A DNA stretch of 61,812 bases, counting the filler, from Choristocarpus tenellus KU-1152 (Eukaryota; Protista; Phaeophyceae), in NCBI GenBank assembly GCA_964200185.2. It is 12 parts of 12 records of this genome, joined end to end, with 100 filler letters (N's around TTAATTAATTAA, not from the genome) between each part and the next. Parts side by side here need not be neighbours in the genome. Positions count along the whole stretch, not along the records: positions 58,886 to 61,812 come from CAXNAD020023597.1; 11 more parts are not named here. One strand, 5' to 3'. Shown here one piece after another: positions 60,814 through 61,812 of this stretch. Position 1 is the first letter of the stretch. Each line of letters starts with the position of its first letter. The notes beneath the pieces were generated by a model that ran no database searches, was not told where the DNA came from, and saw only the letters and a list, made by a program, of their open reading frames with translations. Made by a program: the position numbers and the translations under genes.

Positions 60814-61812
60814 TGAAGGGAACACTTGTGGTAGAGAGAGCCCAATGAGTAGAAGACACTATTTGACCTAACCTGTGCATGGATGTAAGAGATCCATCAA
60901 TATTTCTCTGGGACAACCCCCCCCCCCCCAGCATATACAGGACTGTCCATGTTGCCCTCTCACCTACTTGCTTATGTGCAACCTTCAAGTAAGTGTCAAT
61001 GCTGTTATTAATGTGTAATATGCATGATTAAACCTAACGGGTCTTTGATACATCTTCTCTTCCTCCTCACTTGTGTATCACAGCACATGCAAAATGGCAC
61101 AGACCTCAACATACACACCCTCTCACTGGGCCCCTCTCCAACAAATCCTATAACTTACCTTGTAGGGGCTATGTCCAGCCAGTGTATTTGAACATTCACA
61201 TTAAGCCCAACACTGAACAGAAAATGCCTGAGTCTTACACTTACAGCATTGAAGCAAATGTCATGGCTTGTTTCCTCCTGGCACAAGCTGGCATGCGTTT
61301 GCTGCACAGAGGAAAATATCAGGGTTGCCCCTTAGGCAACACTGTGATCAAATGCACACTTGACATTTTTCTGCCTCAAGCTGTATTCCTTCCATGCTAT
61401 AGGTGTCCCCCATGAGAACCTGTTTGTATCTTCCTTCTCAATGGTGCACTTGCAGTATCTCCCAAAACAACTTTACTTAAGAAAAAAAAAACTAGCACTC
61501 TGTTCAGCTGTGAGACGACTACCTATGGAAACATTGCCCTGAACATGGGGGTGCTCTAGAGGTCACAAGTCATGTAACTGGGCTGTCTGTCCCTTGGAAG
61601 GTAACGATCAGCACCCGTTGATTGAATTTCCTCTGCCCACCATTTGCCACACCCAAGCTGAAAACATTCAATTCACACTACTCTATATCACTAAGGTCAG
61701 ATGCATCACAAACACCATCTTGCCAAAAGCCAGGGTCAGCTACAACCTCTTACCTTCAAGGGTCAAGGGGTTGTAGACAAGGGGGTTGGGGTGGTGGGGG
61801 CATAGTTCATGG

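Overview
Eukaryotic, intron-containing, transposon-rich DNA. It is not one locus: 12 short contigs are joined by 11 artificial 100-nt linkers (N44-TTAATTAATTAA-N44). The transposon sequence types, scattered TTAGGG tracts and a plant/cyanobacterial-type saccharopine-dehydrogenase-like gene suggest a photosynthetic stramenopile, probably a brown alga or close relative (inference only). Host genes reconstructed by hand from splice sites: a complete 4-exon RNASEK/V-ATPase subunit f-like gene (4471-6503, missed by the ORF track), a divergently transcribed F-box-like/ZZ-zinc-finger gene (675-4297), the last three exons of a saccharopine-dehydrogenase-like oxidoreductase (59411-60813) and a few orphan exons. 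Decayed transposons include three plant-type DD39D mariner transposase remnants, Copia, Ty3/gypsy and a tyrosine-recombinase (DIRS/Ngaro-like) retrotransposon. The dominant unexplained structure is about 26 copies of three MITE families with different internal sequences. They share one terminus (5'-GRNYS-AAAGTA) and make either 3-bp or 4-bp target-site duplications with no sequence preference, which points to an unidentified transposase not encoded here. Also present: a 1.26-kb foldback palindrome, TIR elements carrying telomere repeats, several minisatellites, and a CpG-deamination footprint that differs between contigs. Most ORFs in the supplied track are spurious.
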